Shown: positions 24,850 through 35,579 of the stretch, one piece after another
Position numbering within the stretch: position 1 is the first letter of the stretch
Layout: every line of letters begins with the position of its first letter
Source: Chiloscyllium plagiosum
Taxonomy: Eukaryota
Assembly (NCBI RefSeq): GCF_004010195.1
Contig: NC_057749.1
Coordinates: 21,146,883 to 21,184,101 of the forward strand
Length of the DNA: 37,219 nucleotides
Direction of reading: 5' to 3'
Notes under the pieces: model-generated
Told to the model about the DNA's origin: nothing
Seen by the model: the letters and a program-made list of their open reading frames with translations, nothing else
The model's database searches: none
Position numbers and translations under genes: made by a program

Positions 24850-24980
24850 TTAAAAATGTGTTGCTGGAAAAGCGCAGCAGATCAGGCAGCATCAAAGGAG
24901 CAGGAGAATCGACATTTCGGGCATAAGCCCTTCTTCAGGAATGAGGAGGGTGTGCCAAGCAGGCTAAGATAAAAGGTAGG
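24850..24980 (-). mobile_element. Family A element with hammerhead motif (24911-24938)
   Basis: TSD gaggt[a/c]gtattggtgc (24834-24849, 24981-24996). Motif CTGAAGA-a-GGGC-ttat-GCCC-GAAATGTC. Confidence 0.75.
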
Positions 24981-25756
24981 GAGGTCGTATTGGTGCCTGT
25001 CCCTAAATGCCTTTGAACTGAGTGGCTACCTCAGCTATTTCATACAGTAGTCAACAGAACATTACTGTGGGTCAGCAATATAGAAAGTAAGAACAGGAGA
25101 AGGCCATTCGACCCTTCAAGCCTGCTTCACTATTTAATACAATCATGGTCGATCCTACATCTCAGTGCCATATTCCCATCTTCTCTTTTAAATGCTGTAT
25201 TTGTACCAGCCTCCACCACTTCCTCTGGCAGCTCATTCCATACAGGTACCACCCTCTGTGTGAAAACGTTGCCCCTTAGGTCTCTTTTATATCTTTCCCT
25301 TTTCACCGTAAACCTATGCCCCTCTAGTTCTACCCTGGCAAGATTTGAGCCCATGTGCATTTAGCCTGGGTCTCTGGATTATACTACACTACTAGCACCC
25401 CAGCTGAAGGGCTAACTCTAGTACAATCGGCTGAGTGGTCTCCTGCTGTACTATGTATTCAATGATTCTGTGGAAGTAGAGTGCCTCTTTAAGGGTATTC
25501 TGTCACACTCCTGACTTGTGCCCTGTCGGTGGTGGATAGGTCCTGCTCATGGGTCAGGATGGACAGGAATGGGGCCATCTGTCAAAACGTGTGCCAAACT
25601 GCCCCCGCCTTCCCACACTCTGCTCCCCCCCGCCCCCCCCCCCGGCCAGGATCCCTGTACTCCCACATGGTGGCTGCCCCTCTCCCTCCTCTCCAAAATG
25701 CAACAATGGGATTTGGCGCCCAGTTTTCCCAATGGCAGTCTGTTATCCTGACAGTG

Positions 25757-26215
25757 TCATAGAGTCATAAAGTCATATAGCACAGAAACAGAGCTTTTGG
25801 TCCGACATTCCTGATGAAGGGCTTATGCCCGAAACTTCGATTCTCCCACTACTTGGATGCTGCATGACTAGCTGTGCTTTTCCAGCTTTTCGACTCCAAC
25901 TCATCCATGCTGACTAGATATCCCAAGCTAATCTAGTCCATTTGGCCCATATCCCTCTAAACCCTTCCTATTCATATACCCTCCAGAGGCCTTTTAATTG
26001 CTGTATTTGTACCAGCCTCCACCACTTCCTCTGGCAGCTCATCCATACATGCACCACCGTCTCTGTGAAAAGATTGCCTCTTAGGTCCCTTTTATATCTT
26101 TCCCCTCTCACCCTAAACCTATGCCCTCTAGTTCTGGACTCCCCCACCCCAGGGAAAACACCTTGTCTATTTACCTTATCCATACCCCTCATGATTTTAT
26201 AAACTTCTATGAGGT
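25757..26215 (-). mobile_element. CR1 LINE 3' end with nested family A hammerhead element (~25806-25897, + strand)
   Basis: Peptide DLIEVYKIMRGMDKVN..RGNLFTETVVHVW. Nested motif CTGATGA-a-GGGC-ttat-GCCC-GAAACTTC at 25811-25838. Confidence 0.85.
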
Positions 26216-26599
26216 CAATCCCAGCCTCCGACGCTCTACACAACCCCCACAGAACTGAGTTCAGGGGTAGATCCAGCTTCACAGAGTCATAGTCAGCGAA
26301 CAATTTATTATGGTGAGGAATTCGGCCCATCATGTGCGAACTGACTCTCTGAATTAGCGTCATGACCTTGTGGCAATTCCCCTGCCTTTTCCCCACGACA
26401 CCGCATTGTTTCTTGCGGTTTTTTTCACAGATTCACGGCCACTGCCTGCAACTTACCCCCTAACTTCCTCAACCATCGCTGCCCTAGACTGGCAAGGCTA
26501 ACTACTCCTCACCCCCACCCTCCATACCCCCTGTACCCCTAGAGTTCAGGCAGAGAATGGATGCACTGCTATGGGGTGATTGCCTTGACAACAGGACTA

Positions 26600-26965
26600 C
26601 ACGTGCAGTGGAATACTCCCCACTTGCCTGGATGCAACACTCAAGAAGCTTGACACCATCCAGGACAAAGCAGCCCACTTGACAGGCATCGCATTCACAA
26701 ACATCCACTCCCTCCACCAGCGACGCTCTGTCATAGCATCAGTGTGTACTCTCAACAAGATGTGCTGCAGAAACTCACCAAAAATCCTTTGACAGCATCT
26801 TCCAAACCCACGGCCACTTCCATCGAGAAGATCAAGGGCAGCAGATTGACGGGAACACCACCCCCTGCAGGTTCCCCTCCAAGTCACTCCCCATCCTGAC
26901 TTGCAAATACTGTATATCGCTGTTCCTGGGAGAAAATCCTGGAACTCCCCCCTGAAGGGCGTTGT
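26600..26965 (+). mobile_element. L2/CR1-clade LINE ORF2 C-terminal remnant
   Basis: Reads TLKKLDTIQDKAAHL at ~26638-26685. Confidence 0.7.
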
Positions 26966-27257
26966 GACTTGTTTTTATTAATTAATGGAGTGTGGGCATC
27001 GTTTGCTGGGCCAGCATTTATTACCTGTCACATGAAGACCAGACCAGCTAAGGATGGCAGATTTCCTTCCCTAAAGGACATGAGTAAACCAGGTGGGTTT
27101 TTTCCCAACAATTGATGGTTTCATTGTCACCATTAGACTCTTAATCCCAGATTATTTTGTTTAATTCACATTCCACCATCTGCCCTGGTGAGATTCGAAC
27201 CCAGATTCCCAGAACATTGGATGGAAGTTTGTTCGCTGAGTGGAAAGTTTGTTTTCA

Positions 27258-27291
27258 GACGTTTCGTCACTATACTGGGTAACATCATCAG
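27258..27291 (-). ncRNA. Minimal hammerhead ribozyme motif, family B
   Basis: tca-CTGATGA-t-GTTAC-ccagtata-GTGAC-GAAA-CG-TC-tga. Stem I and stem II both pair. Confidence 0.75.
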
Positions 27292-27551
27292 TGAGCCTCC
27301 GGATGAAGCACAGGTAGCATGGCCTGCTTTCTATTGATGTTTTTAGGTTTCCTTGGGTTGGTGATGTCATTTCCTATGGTAATGTCAGTTCCTGTTTTTC
27401 CAAGTCAATTGACTTGGATCCCATTTACCATACCCCTGAGAAAAAGAACAGGAAATGACATCACCACAGGAAATGTGGTCACCAATACAAGGAAACCTAA
27501 ATACGTAAATAGAAAGTGGGCTACACCACCAGTGTTTCATCCGGAGGCTCA

Positions 27552-27585
27552 CTGATGATGTTACCTAGTATAGTGACGAAACGTC
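27552..27585 (+). ncRNA. Minimal hammerhead ribozyme motif, family B
   Basis: tca-CTGATGA-t-GTTAC-ctagtata-GTGAC-GAAA-CG-TC-tga. Confidence 0.75.
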
Positions 27586-28366
27586 TGAAAACAAACCTTC
27601 CAGCTCAGCGAACAAACTTACATCCAGAGCCTCAACCTGAGCTATAAATCTTCTCAAAACTCATTGCCTGGGTCTTTGGGTTCACAGTCCAGTGATAGGT
27701 ACCACTTAGCCATCACCTCCCCTAGCATCGATTGTGTGGCCTGCCGTGGTTCAGGAAGGCAGCTCACCCCCACCTTCTCAAACGTGACTAGGGACAGGCT
27801 ATAAATGCTGGCCCAGCCGGCGATGTCCATTTCCAGTGAACGAATAAACGAAACTACCTCTAATCGCCCAGTCCTCCCCCTCAGAATGACTGAAGGTGGG
27901 AAGCAGAGCGTCACTGAACTTTTCCAAGCAGATATTGTTGTGAAACAGGAAGGTAATGGTGGAGCGAGGGCTCATGATGGGTCCAGGGAGTGAAACAGAC
28001 AGATGAACCATCAGAGAAGGGATGGACTCGGCCCCGGCTGTGGAGCTGGTCCTAGCGCCTAACTGCCCACCCCTCTTTCCCAGTTCCATCCACACAAGAC
28101 AGAGCACCCAGCTGGCACCCTGGAGACCAGTGGGTACCACAGCAGCTGGAGCTCACCATCAAGGGCATCGCCTCAATTTGAAAAATGTCAATCCTCCACA
28201 TTTTCCATTGACCCTTTCCGACTTCTACTCGGGTTCCCCCTGAGGGAGGGTGGTTTAACCCCTTCCAATTTGTTATTTCAGGAGTTGGGGGGGGGGTGGC
28301 TAGGTTAGAGGGGCTGAGTAGCCTCCTGAGGTTAGCTGGCAGCTTGATTTTAACTTTCTTTCTCAC

Positions 28367-28500
28367 CTGCTCTCCGGGCGAACATTGAGGATGTAGTTAC
28401 GACTGGCCTCTCCCCTGGATGGAGGCTCATCTTCCTCCTTGATGTCCAAAGAATAGCGGCCATTGGCAGAATAGGAGCGGACCGTCCGCTTGGAACTCAT
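28367..28500 (-). CDS. ALPK3: Alpha-protein kinase 3, first coding exon (MSSKRTVRSYSANGRYSLDIKEEDEPPSRGEASRNYILNVRPES + phase-2 AG)
   Basis: Manual minus-strand translation from ATG at 28500. Ends at donor CAG|GTGAGA. SRNYILNVRPES resembles the vertebrate ALPK3 N-terminal SRSYLLSVRPET as I recall it. Splices in frame to the exon at 19317. Not in the ORF track. Confidence 0.88.
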
Positions 28501-28859
28501 TCTGCTGCTGGTCTGTTAGGGTCAGACACACTCTCTCTGTCTCTGTCTCTGTCTCTCCCCTTGCCTTTTCCAAAGCTCGGGTCCCGGCACAGAAACCAAG
28601 TCCAATCGCAGCCCCCAAACCCTTGGGTGAGTCTTCAATCCAACGCCGCTCTCTCCGGGGTCAAGCCACAAAGTCCACTCCCTGGGCTGCTGTCGAAGCA
28701 AGTTTCCAAGCATTAAAGTGACATTAATTCCTGCCAATCTCGATTTAGTTACATTAACAGGGTGTTAACACTGCAATTGTGAATCGCAACTCCTCGTCAG
28801 AAATCATTGCCTTTTGCAAATATTGAGAATCTTTGCAAATTATCTCCCTGTCAAAAAGT

Positions 28860-29300
28860 AGATCAGCTGTAAAGTTGTAGCAGGGCGAAATGCGTTTAAA
28901 AATAGACCAGCGACAGTTTCAGAAGGCTATCTCTCTCTGATGTGCCGTCTCGCCTTTTTTTTAAAAAAAGACTAGCTTACCTTTTGCCTCCCTCTGTTTT
29001 TTTTTATAACACAATGGAGCCCCGGTTTACACGTCTCTAATATACAAAAATAATGGCTCTAATACAATGGAGGCAAATCTGCCCTCACCATTCCAACTTC
29101 TCAGAGACTAGCCTGCAGACCCTTTTGCTCGAATGGCTGTAGCTGTCAATCAACACCCACCCTCCCTATTCCCAGGACTATTTAAGGAACCCTGCGGTCT
29201 GCAAATACGAGTGGCGCTTTGCAACAGTTTACCAGTTGCATCTGGACATAAATTAATTACACACACACATAAAAGGGGATGGGAGGGAAGATAAAGTGGA
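28860..29300 (-). promoter_or_regulatory. Putative striated-muscle promoter/enhancer of ALPK3
   Basis: Repeat-free region upstream of the ATG. Contains E-box CAGCTG (28864-28869), consensus MEF2 site TTAAAAATAG (28896-28905), M-CAT CATTCCA (29089-29095), CArG/TATA-like CTATTTAAGG (29178-29187) and AGATAA (~29289). Motif matches only. Confidence 0.55.
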
Positions 29301-29629
29301 GGTGCAGGCTCACTTGGTTTTGAGAGTGTGCTTTGTTGATTTCTCTTTGTAAATGTTATTTCTGGCGTCTGTTGGGGTGTTGTGCCCCTGCCTCTGTGTG
29401 TGTGAGCGAGGCTGACTCACTAGCACATGCCAGGGGAGCTTAGCCAAGCTTGGGAGAGTCAGGAAGCTCAGCCGGAGCTGTCGATCAAATGGGGCAGGAC
29501 AATGCATGAGCCCTGCTCTGAAATGAAACAATACAGTCCCCAATTACAACCCCTTCCCCACCCCCAACTCCTCTTTGTCCGATAAATGTAAAAGGAAAGA
29601 GGATGGAGGTAAGTAACCCTTAGCTACAA

Positions 29630-30121
29630 ATTAGATTAGATTCCCTATAGTGTGGAAACAGGCCATTCGGCCCAACCAGTCCACACCGACCCTCCGAAGA
29701 GTAACCCACCCAGACCCATTTCCCTCTGACTAATGTACCTAACACTATGGGCAATTTAGCATGGCCAATGTTTGAATTGTGGAAGGAAAGAGCTGAAAAT
29801 GTGTTGCTGGAAAAGCGCAGCAGGTCAGGCAGCATCCAGGGAACAGGAGAATCGACGTTTCGGGCATAAGCCCTTCTTCAGGCTTATGCCCGAAACGTCG
29901 ATTCTCCTGTTCCCTGGATGCTGCCTGACCTGCTGCGCTTTTCCAGCAACACATTTTCAGCTCTGATCTCCAGCATCTGCAGACCTCACTTTCTCCTTGT
30001 GGGAGGAAACCAGAGCACCCGGAGGAAACCCACACAGACACGAGGAGAATATGCAAACTCCACATAGAGAGTCGCCCGAGACTGGAATCAGTGGTGCTAA
30101 CCACTGAGCCACCATGCCACC
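29630..30121 (-). mobile_element. HE1-like SINE interrupted by a family A palindrome
   Basis: SINE halves at 29630-29789 and 29997-30121. Confidence 0.85.
29790..29996. mobile_element. Family A fold-back insertion with perfect 84-bp arms and an intact hammerhead core (29854-29881, minus)
   Basis: Arms 29789-29872 and 29881-29964 with an 8-nt spacer. TSD ttgtgg[a/g]aggaaa (29777-29789, 29997-30009). Confidence 0.88.
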
Positions 30122-30485
30122 CTATCATGAACATTGGCAGTTTAAACTCAGGTTTCCCGACATCCCTGGATTCCCTTGCAGTCTTCCAGGAATTAAAGAT
30201 TAATCTGCATGGACACCGATCAATCCTACAGAAAAATGCTCCATTTCAAAGAAAAATGTTGCCCTCCCATCTTCGTTGAGTGTTTGGAAGCTACACAGGG
30301 AGAATTATCCAGTGCCTGACAATGAAAGATTGCAAAGCTCTCTGGTAAAGCAATCATCTGTGCAAGGAGGAAGGCAGATGGACCAAGAACTGTGCACCAC
30401 GATACCAACAGTCCGACCTCAATTCTTGGCATCATCCCCCCCCTCACCTCCCCCATCGTGATATCATGGCATAGCTATGATTGGG

Positions 30486-30882
30486 GAGAAAGTGAGGTCT
30501 GCAGATGCTGGAGATCAGAGATGGAAATGTGTTGCTGGAAAAACGCAGCAGGTCAGGCAGCATCTAGGGACCAGTTTCCTCATTTCCCCTCCCCCCAGCC
30601 TGTCTCAGTCAAATCCATCAAATTCAGCACCGCCTTCCTAACCTGCAATCTTCTTCCCGACCTCTCCGCCCCCACCCCAGTCTGACCTATCACCCTCACC
30701 TTGACCTCTTTCCACCTATCACATTTCCGACGCCCCTCCCCCAAGTCCCTCCTCCCTATCTTTTATCTTAGCCTGCTGGACCAACTTTCCTCATTCCTGA
30801 AGAAGGGCTAATGCCCGAAACGTCGATTCTCCTGTTCCCTAGATGCTGCCTGACCTGCTGCGCTTTTCCAGCAACACACTTC
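30486..30882. mobile_element. Family A PLE 3' fragment with inverted terminus and intact hammerhead (30797-30824, +)
   Basis: 16-bp direct repeat catagctatgattggg (30470-30485, 30883-30898). Motif CTGAAGA-a-GGGC-taat-GCCC-GAAACGTC. Body similar to 3762-4080. Confidence 0.85.
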
Positions 30883-31065
30883 CATAGCTATGATTGGGAA
30901 CACCCAGTCAACTGCAGTAACCAGTGAAAACCAGCAATGGTCACGCAACTAAACAGTGCAGACGGACAGGATTCAACTCACTCCCGCTCCCTGAGATTGT
31001 GTGAAAACAGCCAAACATGCCTTAGGTTTGTTTGCTGGATAGAGTCAAACTCCAATGTTTGTTTC

Positions 31066-31385
31066 AAAACCAAAAGAACTGCAGATGCAGTAAATCAGAA
31101 ACAAACACAGAAGTTGCTGGGAAAGCTCAGCAGACCTGGCAGCATCTGTGGAGAGAAATCAGAGTTAACGTTTCAGCTCAAGTGACCCTTAGTAAGTAAC
31201 CACAGATGCTTTCAGAGTCTAGATCAGAGTGGTGCTGGGAAAGCACAGCAGGTCAGGCAACATCCGAGGAGCAGGAAAATCGACGTTTCGGGCAAACGTC
31301 CTGCATCAGGAATAGAGGCAGGAAGCCTCCAGGGTGGAGAGATGCTTTCAGACCTGCTGAGCTTATCTAGCAATTTTGTTTCCAA
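31066..31385. mobile_element. Family C fold-back element with nested family A-type insertion (31217-31339)
   Basis: The nested insertion has 13-bp TSD agatgctttcaga (31204-31216, 31340-31352). Both hammerhead cores are decayed. Confidence 0.75.
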
Positions 31386-31416
31386 AATTTGTTTGTTTCT
31401 TCATATGTTACTGTAC

Positions 31417-32478
31417 AGAACATAGAACATTACAGCGCAGTACAGGCCCTTCGGCCCTCGATGTTGCGCCAACCAGTCATACCAATCTGAAGCCCATCCC
31501 ACCTACACTATTCCACGTATGTCCATAGGCCTGTCCAATCTCAACTTAAATGCACTTAAACTTGGCGAATCTACTACCGTTGCAGGCAAAGTATTCCATA
31601 CCTTTACTACTCTCTGAGTAAAGAAACTACCTCTGACATCTGTCCTATATCTATCACCCCTCAATTTAAAGCTATGCCCCCTTGTGCTCACCGTCACCAT
31701 ACTTGGAAAAAGGGTCTCCCTGTCCACCCTATCTAACCCTCTGATTATCTTAAATGTCTCTAATAAGTCACCTCTCAACCTTCTTCTTCTCCAACGAAAA
31801 CAGTCTCAAGTCCCTAGCCTTTTCTCGTAAGACCTCCCCTCCTTACCAGGCAACATCCTAGTAAATCTCCTCTGCACCCTTTCCAAAGCTTCCACATCCT
31901 TCTTATAATGTGGTGACCAGAACTGTACACAATACTCCAAGTGCAGCCGCACCAGAGTTTTGTACAGCTGTAGCATAACCTCATGGTTCCAGAACTCGAT
32001 CCCTCTATTAATAATAGCTAAAGCACTGTATGCCTTCTTAACAACTCTGTCAACTTGGCTGGCAACTTTCAAGGATCTGTGTACCTGGACACCGAGATCT
32101 CTCTGCTCATCTGCACTACCAAAAATCTTACCACTAGCCCAGTACTATGCATTCCGGTTACTCCGACCAAAGTGAATCACTTCACACTTGTCCGCATTAA
32201 ACTCCATTTGCCACCTCTCAGCCCAGCTCTGCAGCTTATCTATGTCTCTCTGTAACCTACAACATCCTTCGTCACTATCCACAACTCCACCAACCTTAAT
32301 GTCATCTGCAAATTTACTAACCCACTCTACTACACCTTCATCCAGGTCGTTTATAAAAATGACGATCAGCAGTGGACCCAACACCGGCCCTTGCGGTACA
32401 CCACTGGTAACTGGACTCCAGGATGAACATTTCCCATCAACCACCACCCTCTGTCTTCTTTCAGCAAGTCAATTACTG
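31417..32478 (-). mobile_element. CR1/HER1-type LINE, RT C-terminal half and 3' tail
   Basis: Peptides [32 protein letters not shown] and HLEYCVQFWSPHYKKD. Frameshifted. agaacatagaaca tail. Confidence 0.92.
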
Positions 32479-32978
32479 TTCAGCAAGCCACCAAGAACCT
32501 AACTGCTTTGGTCACTATGTATGTATATAAAGATATTTTTATGGATAAAGTGTACTTTGCAAATTAAAATAAAGAAGCCAGCCAAACAAGTGAAGTGTAG
32601 CTCTATAAACAAACTCCCTTGCATAGCTTTAGCTGTTATGGACCAGACTAGGCCTGACCTTCTCTATGTTTTTAAAAGGTATGTGTTCCAGATATCATTC
32701 AATTGCTCCACCACTAATCTTTAATCATTTAAGACGGGTACAGGGATGGGATAGGTATGGTGAGATATGGACTAAAGTCAGGCAAATGGAACTCATTTAA
32801 TTGTGAAACTGGCTGGCATGGGCAAGCTGGGCTGAAGGGCCTGTTCCCATGCTGTAAGACTCTATGACTGTTTGTCTCTAAATCACCTTTATTCTTACAA
32901 CACAGTTAAAATACAACAAAAAGAAGAATTGGCATAACTGTTTTGAAATACTTAACAAGATAATGTATTATTTAACCA

Positions 32979-33399
32979 GCCAGAACTGACAGCCAGACTA
33001 CTGCGACCACGAGGACTCATAACGGCACACAAACCAACAGCCACTCTCAGACAACAACTCACCAGAACGAAGGACCCGATACCCAGCATGAGCAAAACCA
33101 ATGTAGTGTACAAAATCCCATGCAAGGACTGCACAAAACACTACATAGGACAAACAGGAAGACAGCTAACGATCCGTACCGGCCACTGCAGCGGACAGCT
33201 GGAACTGACAACCGGAAGCGGCAGAGACAAACCACTACAAAGGCCGGAGGAAAGATCACAGAAGCGCTTCACAGGAGGCTCCCAAGCACTGAGGATGTCA
33301 CCTAGACAGGGGACGAAACGTCTGCAATACAAATTCCCAGCTCGGCGAACAGAACCACAACAACGAGTATCCGAGCTACAAATCTTCAACAAACTTTGA
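32979..33399 (+). mobile_element. Penelope-like retroelement fragment: linker plus GIY-YIG start joined to 3' terminus with hammerhead (33289-33322)
   Basis: 12-bp TSD attatttaacca (32967-32978, 33400-33411). Reads ELTARLLRPRGLITAHKPTATLRQQLTRTKDP..NVVYKIPCKDCTKHYIGQTGRQLTIR. Confidence 0.9.
33289..33322 (+). ncRNA. Minimal hammerhead ribozyme motif, family B variant
   Basis: gca-CTGAGGA-t-GTC-acctagacaggg-GAC-GAAA-CG-TC-tgc. Confidence 0.72.
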
Positions 33400-34163
33400 A
33401 TTATTTAACCACTAATCATCAATTGTTCCAATAGATGCAGCATCCGATAAACACACCCTTGGCAAAGGCAAATTCAGCAACAGAGTTGTTATTCTGACAT
33501 GCTTCTCTCTCCACTCCAGTCAAAAGAAACATTGAAAGAAACAATCTTCCCCTTTTGATTTTTAAGAGGAAGCCTCTCTGCCTAAGACTTCACTCTAGAG
33601 AACTCAAACATTCAGCTCTAATAGAAAGCAAAACCAGAATCTCTGTCTCTGTGAGCCTGACCCTGCCCACTCGTGATACTTTTGACTTAAAAAAAACCCA
33701 GGAAGAACCCAAAGCTGTTCACCAACTGGCTGTCTGAAGGAGACATTTCAGCACCACTGAGACAACACCTCTCCACAAGTGAAACAGGACAGAACACCAT
33801 CTCTCAAAGGCACAATCTCATCACTCTGTGAATAGTATGAGCTTTGAAATAGCTTACAGCTTGGACATCCAAGGACGTTGATTGTATCCCATCATTCTCC
33901 TCTCTTGGGCTTTGGGGAGTCGGGAAGGGAGTTATATTCTACAGAATTCTTTGTCTCTGACCTGCTCTTGTAGGCACAATATTTAGAAGGATGTTTCCAG
34001 TTGATTTTCTTTTTCAAAAGATATTCATTTTTTAACATTTGTAAAAAGAAATTACATAACTTTTCAATTTAAATAAATACAGAAATTGCAATAAAGTTCA
34101 ACTTGTCTCTGTAGTACATGTTTCACTCAATATGATTGCAATAATATTTACAACGTACTGATT

Positions 34164-34494
34164 ATAGAATCCCTATGGTGTGGAAACAGGCCCTTTAGCC
34201 AACACCAACCCTACAAAAAGGAACCCACCCAGATCCATTCCCCTACCCTATGTTTATCCCTGACTAATGCACCTAATCTAAACATCGCGGAACACTATGG
34301 GCAATTTAGCATGGACAATTCACCCTAACCTGCACATCTCTGTATTGTGGGAGGAAACCTGAGCACTCTGAGGAAACCCACGCAGACACGGGGAGAATGT
34401 GCAAACTCCACACAGACAGTCATCCAAGGTTGGGCTTGAACCTGGGTCCTTGGTGCTGTGAGGCAGCAGTGCTAACCACTGAGCCACCATGCCA
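34164..34494 (-). mobile_element. HE1-like SINE
   Basis: Similar to 2063-2366. Confidence 0.85.
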
Positions 34495-35272
34495 CATTAA
34501 TTGCCTGAGGGCAAAGTATTTCCAATTGGAAATCACCAAAAACACAATGGAAGTAAACTTTTCTCTGTCCTCCCTGTTCCACTCTGAGGTGTCTCAATTC
34601 ATTTTCAATTCTCTCGCTCTACACAACATTTATTATTTATAAAGTACTGAGCCAGAGAGATCAAACACTTTTCAGATGTTTAATAAACTGCGGCCAAAAG
34701 CCCTTTCCCCACTGCACCCCAGACAGAGCTGCCCCAAGCTTTAGTTTGTCCCTCTGTACATGATTCTAGATCTTGGAGTATATGAGTTGGCTTCACTCAT
34801 CTGAGGATAAGTCCTTGTATTGGAAGATCAACAAGTTTCAAGCAGATTAAGGAACATCCTTCATAGAGTTGATGGTTTTCAAGTTGCAATTAATGTTTGC
34901 CTCCCATAGAGCACGGAATCTTGTGTCATGGAGTTGCTCAGGACAAACCTTGACAAAAACCATTGCCTCTTTCTCCAGACCCTCTTTGCAAAGGCAGACT
35001 CTACAAGGAGATGGACAACAATTCCTTCCCCACCTCAAGTGCAATGTGTAGAGGAGGTGAAGTCCTGGGCATAGGGGAAGGATCTGATGGTTTATCCTAT
35101 CAGTAGTCAAACTATGTTTTACAGCCTGTCCTTAAGCTCTGGCGATGAGGCATTCTGCCAAATGACTTTGACAGCCATGATCAGGGAACTATCTTTCAGG
35201 ATCCACCCTCTCCTTTCCCCATAGGGTCAATGACACCCGACAAGACACTGATTGTGGAGGGGATGCAGTAAT

Positions 35273-35579
35273 GAGGTAAAAACAATGACTGCAGATGCTG
35301 GAAACCAGATTCTGGATTAGTGGTGCTGGAATATTCCTGATGAAGGGTTTTTGCCCGAAACGTCGATTTTACTGCTCCTTGGATGCTGCCTGAACTGCTG
35401 TGCTCTTCCAGCACCACTAATCCAGAATCTGGTTTCCAGCATCTGCAGTCATTGTTTTTACCTCATTACTGCATCCCCTCCAGGAATATTCCTGATGAAG
35501 GGCTTTTGCCCGAAACGTTGATTTCACTGCTCCTTGGATGCTGCCTGAACTGCTGTGCTCTTCTAGCACCACTGATCCA
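35273..35579. mobile_element. Complex family A-variant insertion with two tandem hammerheads (35337-35364, 35492-35519, +)
   Basis: 13-bp direct repeat gggatgcagtaat (35260-35272, 35580-35592). Motif CTGATGA-a-GGG[T/C]-tttt-GCCC-GAAACGT[C/T]. Confidence 0.85.

Larger units (their letters stand above)
27220..27662. mobile_element. Family B PLE fold-back element with two intact hammerhead motifs
   Basis: Inverted arms. Motifs at 27258-27291 (-) and 27552-27585 (+). 3' end resembles 33280-33399. Confidence 0.8.

Noticed and set aside
34847..35110. Possible last exon of an upstream minus-strand gene
   Set aside because: No recognisable homology and a weak acceptor.
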